Positions 9,287-18,718 of a stretch of 64,000 nucleotides of DNA are shown here, piece after piece. The stretch lies in contig CAWJNJ010000005.1 in NCBI GenBank assembly GCA_963844245.1, positions 331,889 through 395,888 on the forward strand, given 5' to 3'. Both the position numbers and the translations under genes were made by a program. Every line of letters starts with the position of its first letter. Position 1 is the first letter of the stretch. Under the pieces are notes generated by a model. That model ran no database searches. It saw only the letters and a list, made by a program, of their open reading frames with translations, and was not told the DNA's origin. Source of the DNA: an uncultured Acidobacteriota bacterium (lineage in GTDB: Bacteria > Acidobacteriota > Vicinamibacteria > Vicinamibacterales > 2-12-FULL-66-21).

Positions 9287-10558
9287 CTACTCGATGGGAC
9301 CCGCGACGACGATGGACGCTTTCGTGGGATCGAGGACCTCGGCCGCCGCCTCGTGGACGTCGTCCAGGCTGACCTCGCGCAGGAGTTGAGGCAGACGGCG
9401 ATCGTGATCCAGCCCGAGACCGAACTGTTCAACTCCAAGCAGGAACTCGCCGATGCCTTCGTTGGTCTCGAGCATTCTCGGAATCGACCCGATCAGTGAC
9501 TCGCGGGTGTCTTCGAATTCGGAAACCGTGGGACCGCTGCGGCCGAGGTCCCTGACCTCTTTGTCGATCGCCTCGAGAGTCTTCTCGACGTTCGCGGGAT
9601 CGACGCCGGCGCGAATGATGAGCGGCGCTTCCGACACGCGCGCTTCGAGGGTGCTGTAGGCGTAATACGCCATCCCCTGGCGCTCGCGGATGTTGTCGGC
9701 GAGCCGCCCCCCAAGGCCGAACTGTCCAAGGATGTTGTTCATCATCCAGTAGGCGTAGTACCGGGGATCGAGCCGGCGAACCGCCGTGAACCCGTATCCA
9801 ATGTCGGACTGCGTCTTGCCAGGCATCAGTTCCTGGCGCACCTCCCGGTCCCTGCGGGTAGGCGGTGCCGGCAGAACCTCCGGCTCGATGAGGCTTCCGC
9901 GCCAGCTCTCGAACAGTCTCGCGCCTGCGTCCACAGCGGCACGCGGGTCGACGTCGCCCACGATCGCCAGGCGCAGCGACGAGGGCTGAAGATGCTGTGC
10001 GTGAAAGGCAACAAGGTGCTCACGCTGGATGGACTGAAGGCTCGCGGCGGTGCCCTTGAACCGCCGGCCATACGGATGTGCAGCCCCGTAAAGCATCTCG
10101 ACCAGCACATCTATGCTTCGCACGGCCGGATTGTCGTCGTCCTGGCCCACCGACGTGATCGCCTCGTTCCGGCGCTTATCGAGCTCGACCTGCGGGAAGA
10201 GCGGCTCGCGCACGATGTCCGCGATGAGCCCAAGCAGGTCGTCGAGGTCCTCCTTGAGGCAGTCGCACGACACCGAGAAGGTGTCCCTCGCGGCCGAGAC
10301 GCGGAGCGAGACGCCGCGGTCGTCCAGCGCATCGGCGATCTCGACGGCCGAGCGATGAGCGGCGCCCCGATCGATGACGCGTCGCGTGAGATATGCGACG
10401 CCCGGCAGGTGGGCTGGATCCTGGGAGCTGCCGGCGAAGAACGTCGCGCTAATGGAAACGGCCGGCACCGTCCCGCTCTCCTGGGCGAGGATGACGACAC
10501 CATTCGCGAGCTCCGCCCGAAGGGGACGGAGGCCTTTCGCCAGGGTCGCGGGGATCAT
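9287..10558 (-). CDS. M16-family peptidase, probable non-catalytic partner subunit
   Basis: 423 aa with insulinase-like fold sequence but no HxxEH motif. 4-nt overlap with the upstream M16 gene. Confidence 0.8.
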   Translation of the reverse strand: MIPATLAKGLRPLRAELANGVVILAQESGTVPAVSISATFFAGSSQDPAHLPGVAYLTRRVIDRGAAHRSAVEIADALDDRGVSLRVSAARDTFSVSCDCLKEDLDDLLGLIADIVREPLFPQVELDKRRNEAITSVGQDDDNPAVRSIDVLVEMLYGAAHPYGRRFKGTAASLQSIQREHLVAFHAQHLQPSSLRLAIVGDVDPRAAVDAGARLFESWRGSLIEPEVLPAPPTRRDREVRQELMPGKTQSDIGYGFTAVRRLDPRYYAYWMMNNILGQFGLGGRLADNIRERQGMAYYAYSTLEARVSEAPLIIRAGVDPANVEKTLEAIDKEVRDLGRSGPTVSEFEDTRESLIGSIPRMLETNEGIGEFLLGVEQFGLGLDHDRRLPQLLREVSLDDVHEAAAEVLDPTKASIVVAGPIE

Positions 10559-11871
10559 GCCGCCTCGCCGACCGGCTGGAAGCGTCCGACGGTTCGAGAG
10601 GTCGACCCGAGTCGCTCGCGCGCAATCGTGGCGACAGCCTCGGGGGTGACGGCATCGATCCGAGCCTGTAGCTCGGTCAGGTAGTTTGGCCCGGCCACGG
10701 TCGAGAAATAGCCGAGTTGATGGGCCACGCTCGTGACGCTGTCGTTCTCGAGCACCAGGCGAGTCCGAAGCTGCCGCTTGGCGCGGGTGATTTCCTGCGG
10801 CGACAAGCCGCCCCGGCGAGCCCGATCGATCTCGGCGAGAGCGGCTTCCTCGAGCACATCGAGCGGAACGCCCGCAGCCGCCGTCAGCGACACGGTGAAG
10901 AGGAACGGGTCCGATGTCGGGAGCAGCGAGCCTGAGACCGAGGACGCCAGACCTCGCTCCACCAACGCGGAGTAGAGCCGGGCCTTCCGCTGCGGCGGCG
11001 CTTCGCGGAAGGCGTTCCAGAGGCTGACCCCCTTGGCCCCGGTGAGCGCGGCGTCCAGAACGAGCATCGGGAAGAACTCCGGCGAGGTCGCTGCTGGCGC
11101 GGGATACGCCAGCTTCAAGTAGGCGGTCGTGCCCTCGCGTTCCAGGAGCACCCTCCGCTCGCCCGCCTGGGGCGGCTCCGGCGTCCGCTTGTGCCGTGAG
11201 ACCTCGCCCGCAGGAATCCGGCCGAAATACCGCTCCGCTCGCCGCAACACGTCGTCCGCATCGACGTCCCCGACGATGACGAGGGTCGCGTTGTTCGGCA
11301 CGTAGTGGCGTTTGTAGAAGGTGTAAAGGTCTTCCCGCGACATCGCCTGCAGGTCCTGCAGCCAGCCAATCGTGGGATGGCCATAGGGATGGACCCGTAG
11401 CGCCGTCGCGGTCACCTCGGTCTCGAGGAGCTGTTCGGGGTCGTTATCGCCGCCCTGGAGCTCAGAAATAATGACCGTCCGTTCCGACTCGCACTCGGCC
11501 GGGTCGTACAGCCCTCGTGACATCCGCTCAGCCTCGATGAACAGCATCTTGTCGAGTGCTGCGCTCGCGGCCGTCTCGAGATACGTGGTCTGGTCGATCC
11601 ACGTGTAGCCGTTCCACATCCCGCCGACCCGTTCGACCAGGCCCTTCATCTCTTCGCGAGGGATGTTCTCGGTGCCCTTGAAGTTCATGTGCTCGACCCA
11701 GTGCGACACACCGGTCAGGCCTGCGGGCTCGTCGCCGGAGCCGACGCGATACCAGCACCACACCGACACCAACGGCGCGGTGTGGATCTCCTGGACAAGG
11801 ATCTTCAAACCATTCGAGAGGGTAGTTTCTCTGACGTTGCCGATCGTTGTGAGGACGTCGGAGGAGGTCAT
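10555..11871 (-). CDS. M16-family zinc peptidase (pitrilysin/insulinase-like), catalytic subunit
   Basis: 438 aa with inverted zinc motif HWVEH (GVSHWVEHMNFKGT). Confidence 0.85.
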   Translation of the reverse strand: MTSSDVLTTIGNVRETTLSNGLKILVQEIHTAPLVSVWCWYRVGSGDEPAGLTGVSHWVEHMNFKGTENIPREEMKGLVERVGGMWNGYTWIDQTTYLETAASAALDKMLFIEAERMSRGLYDPAECESERTVIISELQGGDNDPEQLLETEVTATALRVHPYGHPTIGWLQDLQAMSREDLYTFYKRHYVPNNATLVIVGDVDADDVLRRAERYFGRIPAGEVSRHKRTPEPPQAGERRVLLEREGTTAYLKLAYPAPAATSPEFFPMLVLDAALTGAKGVSLWNAFREAPPQRKARLYSALVERGLASSVSGSLLPTSDPFLFTVSLTAAAGVPLDVLEEAALAEIDRARRGGLSPQEITRAKRQLRTRLVLENDSVTSVAHQLGYFSTVAGPNYLTELQARIDAVTPEAVATIARERLGSTSRTVGRFQPVGEAA

Positions 11872-12018
11872 AACTCATTATATAAGGCCACTTTTGAGGA
11901 AATTTGGCCTGTTTTGGGTGGCATCTCGCTTGCTCTATAAGGGGGAAAGGCGTGACTCGATCCATAGGCAATGGTTGAGCTGCCAGAGCTACACTGATTG
12001 GATATTTAGGAGGAATGC

Positions 12019-12843
12019 ATGTTTAAGCGGACGATATCTGCGCTCGCGATCGCCGCGATTGCTTACGTGGGCGTTGCGCAGGCCCAGGAAAGCGCAACCC
12101 TGACTCTGCGGTCGGGCGAGCGTATCAGCGGCCAGCTCATCGATATGAACGGCTCAGGTTTCCAGATCCGGGTCAACAATGAGGATCGCCAGATCCCCAA
12201 GAATGATGTTTCCGTGATCGACTTCACGGGCGGCACGATGAGCAGTGCCGATTGGGCAAAGGTGGCTTCCGGACAGCAGGTCATCTGGCTGCGCAGCGGT
12301 CAGACCATCAACGGCAGCCTCTACGACATCGGCGGGACCTCACCGCTTCGTCTGACCTTCAAGACCGACTCGGGCGAGCGCGATATGACGACGGCAGAAG
12401 TCAGCCGCATCGTGTTGTCGCACACCGATGCCGCGGCGGCTGCGGCGAATACATCGGCAACGGCGCCGACCACCGGCTCGGGCGTGGTCGTCAACAGCAA
12501 GACGCGCTGGACGCCGACCGGCCTCACGGTTCGTCGCGGCGAGACGCTGACGCTCAACACCACGGGTGAAGTGCGCCTCAGCTTGAACGGCGACGATATC
12601 GCGCCTCCTGCGGGTTCGACCTCGGGCCGCATGGCGGTTGGCTCGCCCCTGCCCAACACGCTGGCGGGCGCGCTGATTGGCCGCATCGGCAATGGTGCCC
12701 CGTTCGGCATCGGCAATCAGACCACGCTCGTGGCGCCGGCATCCGGTCTGCTGTTCCTCGGCGTGAACGACGGGGATCTCAACGACAACACCGGCGAGTT
12801 CCGGGTCGAGATCACTCGTTCGAGCGGCGCGGTTCGCCGCTAG
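12019..12843 (+). CDS. secreted protein of unknown function with internal duplication and beta-rich C-terminal (PA-IL/LecA-like?) domain
   Basis: AGGAGGA SD 6 nt upstream. Signal peptide [23 protein letters not shown]. Two LRSGxxIxGxLxDxxG repeats. C-terminus reads [23 protein letters not shown]. Followed by a strong terminator. Confidence 0.6.
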   Translation: MFKRTISALAIAAIAYVGVAQAQESATLTLRSGERISGQLIDMNGSGFQIRVNNEDRQIPKNDVSVIDFTGGTMSSADWAKVASGQQVIWLRSGQTINGSLYDIGGTSPLRLTFKTDSGERDMTTAEVSRIVLSHTDAAAAAANTSATAPTTGSGVVVNSKTRWTPTGLTVRRGETLTLNTTGEVRLSLNGDDIAPPAGSTSGRMAVGSPLPNTLAGALIGRIGNGAPFGIGNQTTLVAPASGLLFLGVNDGDLNDNTGEFRVEITRSSGAVRR

Positions 12844-12870
12844 GCGCGGCTCCCGGTCCACAGACTCACC

Positions 12871-12903
12871 GCCGGCTTCCTTCGGGGAGCCGGCGTTTTT
12901 CTT
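12871..12903 (+). terminator. intrinsic terminator
   Basis: GCCGGCTTCC-TTCG-GGGAGCCGGC (10-bp stem including one G-U pair, UUCG loop) followed by GTTTTTCTT. Confidence 0.8.
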
Positions 12904-12929
12904 GTACTGAACTAAAATATTGGTTTCCC

Positions 12930-15738
12930 ATGTCCGACTGGAAAGACACTCTCAATCTTCCGCGTACCGAATTTCCGATGAAGGCCAACCTCCAGACGGC
13001 CGAGCCGCAGGCGCTCGCTCGCTGGGAGGAGATGGGTCTCTACGGCAAGATCCGGGAAGCGCGCGCGGGACGGCCGAAGTTCGTCCTCCACGACGGTCCG
13101 CCGTACGCCAACGGACAGATCCACCTCGGCACCGCCCTCAACAAGATCCTGAAGGACTTCGTCGTGAAGTCGCGGACGATGGCGGGCTTCGACTCACCGT
13201 ATGTGCCGGGGTACGACTGTCACGGTCTCCCGATCGAGCTGAAGGTCGACCGTGAGCTGGGGAAGAAGAAGCGGGACATGAGCGTGGCGGACTTCCGCCG
13301 GGCCTGCCGCGCCTACGCCGAACGCTTCATCGGTGTCATGACCGAGGAGTTCAAGCGCCTCGGGATCTTCGGGGACTGGGATCACCCCTACCTGACCATG
13401 AACTTCCGCTACCAGGCGACGATCGTCCGTGCGCTTGGCCGGTTCGTGGAACAGGGGCTCGTCTACAAGGGGAAAAAGCCGGTCCACTGGTGTATCCACT
13501 GCCGTACCGCGCTGGCAGAGGCTGAAGTCGAGTACCGAGGACCACACCTCGCCCTCGATCTACGTGGAGTTCGCACTGGCGGAGGAAAGTGCCGGCGAGC
13601 TCGGCAAGCGTGTGCCTGCCCTCGCCGGGCGCCCGGTGTCGGTCCTCATCTGGACGACGACGCCGTGGACGATCCCTTCGAACCTGGCGATCGCCTTCCA
13701 CCCGGAGCTCGATTACGCCGCCTACGAGGTGGACGGACGCGCTGTCATCGTCGCCGAGGCTCTCGCATCCTCTGTTGCGGCCGCGGCCGGCCGGACCTTT
13801 GATGCACCAATCGCGCGGATGAAGGGCGAGCAGCTCGAACACATCCGCTTCCAGCACCCGCTCTACGCGCGGACGTCGCTCGGCGTCCTCGGAGATTACG
13901 TGACGACCGAGGCCGGCACGGGCGCCGTGCACACGGCGCCCGGCCATGGTGCGGACGACTTCAACACCGGCGTCCGCTATGGTCTCGAGATCTACGCGCC
14001 GATCGGCCCTGGCGGACGCTTCCTCGACACCGTGGAGCTCTTCGGCGGACAGCGCGTGTTCGACGCCAATCCGAACGTCGAAGCGGCGTTGAAGGAACGC
14101 GGACGGCTCTGGCACCGCTCCGACTTCTCGCATTCGTATCCGCACTGCTGGCGCTGCCACAACCCGGTCATCTTCCTTGCCACTTCGCAGTGGTTCATCC
14201 GGATGGACGGCGATCCCGTCGTCGGGGGCAAGACGCTGCGTCAGGCCGGGCTCGAAGCGGTCGACCAGGACGTCAAGTGGATCCCGGCCTGGGGCCGCGA
14301 CCGGATCTTCAACATGCTGACGAACCGCCCCGACTGGTGCATCTCGCGCCAGCGCGCCTGGGGTGTGCCGATCCCGGCCGTCGATTGTGCGAAGTGCGGC
14401 GAAGCCGTCCTGACCGCCGCGCTCGTCGAGCGGGCCGCGTCGGTTTTCGACGAATACGGGGCCGACGCCTGGTACGAACGGCCGATCGAGGAGTTCCTCC
14501 CGGAGGGACTGACCTGCCCGTCCTGCGGCGCGGCGGAGTTCGAGCGTGAGCGCGACATCCTCGACGTCTGGTTCGATTCGGGATCGAGCCACGAGGCCGT
14601 GCTGCCGTTCCGGCCCGAGCTCACCTGGCCGGCCGAGATCTACCTCGAAGGGAGCGATCAGCACCGCGGCTGGTTCCAGAGCTCGCTCCTGGTCGGCCTT
14701 GGTACGCGCGGACGTCCGCCGTTCAAGGAGGTGCTCACGCACGGGTTCCTGATCGACGTGGACGGCCGCAAGATGTCCAAGTCGATCGGCAACGTGATCG
14801 CGCCGCACGAAGTCATCAAGGAGAGCGGCGCCGAGAGTCTGCGCCTGTGGGTGGCGAGCAGCGACTTCCGCGAGGAGCTGCGCGTCGGCAAGCAGATCCT
14901 GCAGCGAGTGGTCGAGGCGTATCGCAAGATCCGGAATACCTGTCGTTACCTGCTGGCGAACCTCTACGACTTCGATCCCACGCTGGACCTGCTGGACGCG
15001 AGCGCGATGCAGGAGGTCGATCGCTACGCACTGGCGCGCTACGCGGAGGTCGCGCAGGCGGTGCTCGCGGCTTACGATCGCTACGACTTTCCGGGGATCT
15101 TTCAGCGTCTCAATCAGTTGACGACGGTCGATCTGTCCGCCTTTTACGCAGACGTGTCGAAGGACCGTCTCTACACCTTCGCGGCGGGCTCGACCGAGCG
15201 CCGTTCGGCGCAGACGGCGATGTACGTCATGGCCGACGGGCTGGCGCGGCTGCTCGCGCCGATCCTGCCGGTCACCGCCGAAGAGATGTGGAAGCATCTG
15301 CCGGGCGATCGCGAAGAATCCGTCCACCTGGCCGAGTTCCCACTCACCGCCGAACTCCAGAAGTGGCGCGATGATGAACTCGTTGTCCGGTGGGAACGGC
15401 TGATCGACATCCGTAACACGGTCAACGCCGCGCTCGAACTCAAGCGGCAGGACAAGACCATCGGCACATCGCTTGGCGCCCGCGTCGAGTTGCGCGCCGG
15501 CGGAGAGAAGGCAGCGCTACTCACGTCGGTCCGCGACCAGTTGCCGATGCTCTTCATCGTGTCCGACGTCCAGCTCGATCTCAACGGCACGCAAGATGGC
15601 ATGGACGTTATCGTCCACAAGGCCGAGGGAGAGAAGTGCCCGCGCTGCTGGCGGGTCGTGGCGACGTCGCCGGAGACGGGGCTGTGCGACCGCTGCACGA
15701 TCGCGACGCAGGCCATCGGCGGATCGGCGGCGGTTTGA
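12930..15738 (+). CDS. ileS: isoleucine--tRNA ligase, frame broken by one extra nucleotide at about 13536
   Basis: N-terminal ORF carries [12 protein letters not shown] (HIGH region). The second ORF carries [14 protein letters not shown] and the C-terminal zinc motif CPRCW...CDRC. Junction reads gag tac C gag gac. Confidence 0.95.
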
Positions 15739-16337
15739 TGCTGCCCCAGGATCCGCAGCCGGTCGCGTCGCCGGTCGAGCCTGGTGCTGGGGCTGAGCAA
15801 GGATCCGTCGCACCCGTCGCGCCCGCCGCCCCGGCACGGAGTTCTTTCGCGCGGCCGTTCGAGCTTGGCTCGATCGCGCTGATCGTTGTCCTGGATCAGA
15901 TCACCAAGGCACTGGTTCGTGCGAATCTGCCGCTCGGTGACAGCCGGACGGTCTTCCCGGGCTGGCTCGACTTGACGCACGTCGAGAACACCGGCGCAGC
16001 GTTCGGTCTGATGAACAACGTGGACTTCCCATACAAGGCCTACGTCATGATCGGCATAGCGGCGGTGGCGCTGCTGTCGATTGCAGCCTATGGAACGCAG
16101 CTGGGCTTCCAGGACCGCCTGGCCCGGGCCGGCCTCTCGTTGATCCTCGGCGGCGCCTTCGGCAACCTGATCGACCGTGCGGTCTTCGGGCATGTCGTCG
16201 ATTTCGTGGATGTGTACTGGAATGACGTCCACTTCTGGGCCTTCAACGTGGCCGACGCTGCCATCACCGTTGGCGCGGTCCTCGTGATCCTCGACATGCT
16301 AGGTCTCGGGCGACGACATGCATCCCATACTGTTTGA
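15738..16337 (+). CDS. lspA: lipoprotein signal peptidase II
   Basis: ATG overlaps the ileS stop (TGATG). DQITK, HVENTGAAFG and NLIDR...VVDFVD are LspA blocks. Pro/Ala-rich extension of about 40 aa at the N-terminus, so a later start is possible. Confidence 0.85.
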   Translation: MLPQDPQPVASPVEPGAGAEQGSVAPVAPAAPARSSFARPFELGSIALIVVLDQITKALVRANLPLGDSRTVFPGWLDLTHVENTGAAFGLMNNVDFPYKAYVMIGIAAVALLSIAAYGTQLGFQDRLARAGLSLILGGAFGNLIDRAVFGHVVDFVDVYWNDVHFWAFNVADAAITVGAVLVILDMLGLGRRHASHTV

Positions 16338-17127
16338 GATCCGCGGGTTTCCCGTCTACACCTACGGCGTGCTGCTGGCGGCGGCGTATCTGCTCGGCCT
16401 GCAATTCGCGCTGGTGCGCGCCCGGGCGCGCGGGCTCGACGGCAACCGCGTCATGGACCTGGGGATCTGGATCATCATCAGCGCGCTGATCGGTGCGAAG
16501 CTGCTGCTCCTGATCGTCGACTTCGACACCTTCCGCCAGAACCCGCGTGAGCTCGTGACGCTGATGCGATCGGGCGGCGTTTTTTACGGAGGATTGATCG
16601 CCGCGGTCGTGGTCGCGATCTGGTACCTCCGACGGCACCGGTTGCCGATGTGGACGGTCACGGACGCGTTTGCGCCCGGCATCGCGCTCGGCCACGTGAT
16701 CGGCCGCATGGGCTGCTTCTTCGCCGGCTGCTGTTTCGGGCGGGCCACGGACGTTCCGTGGGCTGTGACCTTCACCAATCAGTACGCCGCCGAGAACGTC
16801 GGCACGCCCCTCAATATCCCGATCCACCCGACCCAGTTATACGAGGCCGGCGCCGAGCTGCTCATCCTTGGCGTCCTGCTATTTCTGGAACGGAAGGGCC
16901 GGCCCTTCCCAGGCAGGACCTTCTGGGGATATCTTCTGCTCTACGGGATCACGCGGTTCATCATCGAGTTCTACCGGGGGGACGGGCGCGGCATGGTCGG
17001 GGACTTTTCAACTTCCCAGTTCGTGTCAATGATCCTGGTGCCGCTCAGCATCGTGATGCTGGTGGTCCTGTCGCGGCGTTCTGCGCCCGACCCGCGAGCA
17101 CACGCCAAGCGCGCCAGGGCCGCATAG
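16318..17127 (+). CDS. lgt: prolipoprotein diacylglyceryl transferase
   Basis: 269 aa. PVYTYGVLLAAAYLLG, GRMGCFFAGCCFGR, HPTQLYE. Confidence 0.9.
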   Translation: MHPILFEIRGFPVYTYGVLLAAAYLLGLQFALVRARARGLDGNRVMDLGIWIIISALIGAKLLLLIVDFDTFRQNPRELVTLMRSGGVFYGGLIAAVVVAIWYLRRHRLPMWTVTDAFAPGIALGHVIGRMGCFFAGCCFGRATDVPWAVTFTNQYAAENVGTPLNIPIHPTQLYEAGAELLILGVLLFLERKGRPFPGRTFWGYLLLYGITRFIIEFYRGDGRGMVGDFSTSQFVSMILVPLSIVMLVVLSRRSAPDPRAHAKRARAA

Positions 17128-17135
17128 GACTAACC

Positions 17136-18092
17136 ATGAGTTCGCACTCGCGACGCCTGGTGGTCGAACCCGAATACGACGGGTTCCGGTTGGACAACTT
17201 TCTCACCGCACTGCTCCCCGACCACTCGCGCTCGCAGATTCAGCGGCTCATCAAGGTCGGCCACCTGCGCGGCCCCGGCACACCGAAGGCCAGCAGCGTC
17301 GTCCATGCCGGGCAGGAGTTCGAGCTCGATATCCCCGAACCCGCAGCCGCCACACCGGAACCCGAAGACCTCCCGCTGCGGATCATCTACCAGGATCCTG
17401 ACGTCGTCGTGCTCGACAAGCCGGCGGGCATGGTGGTTCACCCGGCGGCCGGTCACAGCGGCGGCACGCTCGTGAACGCGCTGCTGCACCATGTCAAAGA
17501 CCTGAGTGGGATCGGCGGCGAGCTCCGGCCGGGGATCGTGCATCGGCTGGATCGCGGCACCTCGGGCGTGATGGTGGTCGCGAAGAACGATCGCGCGCAC
17601 CAGGAGTTGTCACGCCAGTTCCGCGACCGCGAGATCGACAAGGAGTATGTCGCGCTGGTGTGGGGCACCGTCCAGGCGGGCAAGCGCATCGACGTGCCGA
17701 TCGGGAGGGACCCGGCGCAACGGCAGAAGATGTCGACGCGGGCGCGGCGCGCGCGCAGCGCCGTGACGCGCGTCACGTTCGCTCACCACTTCGAGGGCGT
17801 ATCCCTGCTGAAGGTCGCGATCGCGACCGGACGCACGCACCAGATCCGCGTTCATCTCAGTGCCATCGGCCATCCGATCGTCGGCGATGCCACCTACGGC
17901 GGCGTGCACCGGCGCACCGCCGCGAACCTGCGCGCGGTCCTGCGCCTCGAGCGGCCTTTCCTGCATTCGGCGCGGCTCGCCTTTACGCATCCTGTGGATG
18001 CGCGGCGGGTGGAGTTCGATTCACCGCTGCCGCCGGACCTGCAGACGGTGCTCGATGAAATCCATGAGCGACATGAGGCCTCACTTGACTGA
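17136..18092 (+). CDS. rluD: RluA-family 23S rRNA pseudouridine synthase (RluD-like)
   Basis: Internal ATG of ORF 16650..18092. S4-like N-terminus (RLDNFL), catalytic HRLDRGTSGVMVVAK, and GRTHQIRVH. Confidence 0.85.
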   Translation: MSSHSRRLVVEPEYDGFRLDNFLTALLPDHSRSQIQRLIKVGHLRGPGTPKASSVVHAGQEFELDIPEPAAATPEPEDLPLRIIYQDPDVVVLDKPAGMVVHPAAGHSGGTLVNALLHHVKDLSGIGGELRPGIVHRLDRGTSGVMVVAKNDRAHQELSRQFRDREIDKEYVALVWGTVQAGKRIDVPIGRDPAQRQKMSTRARRARSAVTRVTFAHHFEGVSLLKVAIATGRTHQIRVHLSAIGHPIVGDATYGGVHRRTAANLRAVLRLERPFLHSARLAFTHPVDARRVEFDSPLPPDLQTVLDEIHERHEASLD

Positions 18093-18615
18093 CAACGCCG
18101 ACCTGGTCAGCCGCGAACGTGTCTTCGAGGGCACGGTGTTCAGCGTCGACCGCGATCGCGTCACCCTCCCCCACGGCAGGACCGTGACACTCGACGTGGT
18201 TCGCCATTCAGCATCGGTGGTGATTCTTCCGGTGCCCGAGACAGGGCACCTGATTCTCATCCGGCAATACCGGCACGCGGTGAACCAGTGGCTGTGGGAA
18301 GCGCCGGCCGGCAGCGTCGATCCCGGCGAAACACCGGAAGCCGCCGCACAGCGAGAGTGCCACGAGGAGATCGGCCTCGTGCCCGACACTGTCGTCCGAC
18401 TCGGCGCGATGTTCCCGACGCCGGGCTATTGCGATGAGCAGATGATTTTTTTCAGGGCGTCATCGCTTGCCGAAGGCACCGAGGCGGCGGCGCAGGACGA
18501 GGACGAGTCGATCGAAGCGCGCACGTTCGCGATCCGAGACGTGCGCGACATGATCCGGCGGGGCGAGATCGTCGACATGAAAACTATCGTTGGGATTGGC
18601 CTGTTAACTTCGTAA
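18055..18615 (+). CDS. NUDIX hydrolase (ADP-ribose pyrophosphatase-like)
   Basis: Nudix box GSVDPGETPEAAAQRECHEEIGL. The start is uncertain (ATG at 18055, 18064 or 18073). Overlaps the rluD end. Confidence 0.8.
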   Translation: MKSMSDMRPHLTDNADLVSRERVFEGTVFSVDRDRVTLPHGRTVTLDVVRHSASVVILPVPETGHLILIRQYRHAVNQWLWEAPAGSVDPGETPEAAAQRECHEEIGLVPDTVVRLGAMFPTPGYCDEQMIFFRASSLAEGTEAAAQDEDESIEARTFAIRDVRDMIRRGEIVDMKTIVGIGLLTS

Positions 18616-18627
18616 CAGGCCAATCTC

Positions 18628-18718
18628 GACGATGGAAAAGTGGAAAAGTGTCTGACTCGCGGCAACTTCGCCGCAGCCGAGCTCTTTTCCATCTTCCCTT
18701 TTCCCTCTTTCCATTCTC
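18628..18718 (-). repeat. purine-rich GGAAAAG-word element, copy B, with partial inverted partner arm
   Basis: Minus strand 18718->18684 reads GAGAATGGAAAGAGGGAAAAGGGAAGATGGAAAAG. The plus-strand arm GATGGAAAAGTGGAAAAGTG (18631-18650) can pair 10 bp with 18684-18693. Confidence 0.8.

Noticed and set aside
13351-15327. 658-aa minus-strand ORF. Similar long ORFs occur at 22663..23775, 25991..27430, 33760..34647, 34702..35859, 37296..38495, 39430..40431, 41720..42796, 46530..47447, 47293..48552, 49794..51146, 55998..56906 and 61871..63361.
   Set aside because: All lie antisense to, or out of frame with, genes that have strong family motifs. Their translations are Arg/Gly/Asp/His/Pro-rich with no recognisable motifs, which is typical of stop-codon-poor shadow frames in high-GC DNA.
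18426-18713. C-terminal continuation of the PKD ORF (WKEGKGKMEKSSAAAKLPRV...) overlapping 190 nt of the NUDIX gene.
   Set aside because: It is translated from the GGAAAAG repeat and then from NUDIX antisense. It is low-complexity and unlike any domain, probably because a stop was lost or shifted by upstream frame errors.
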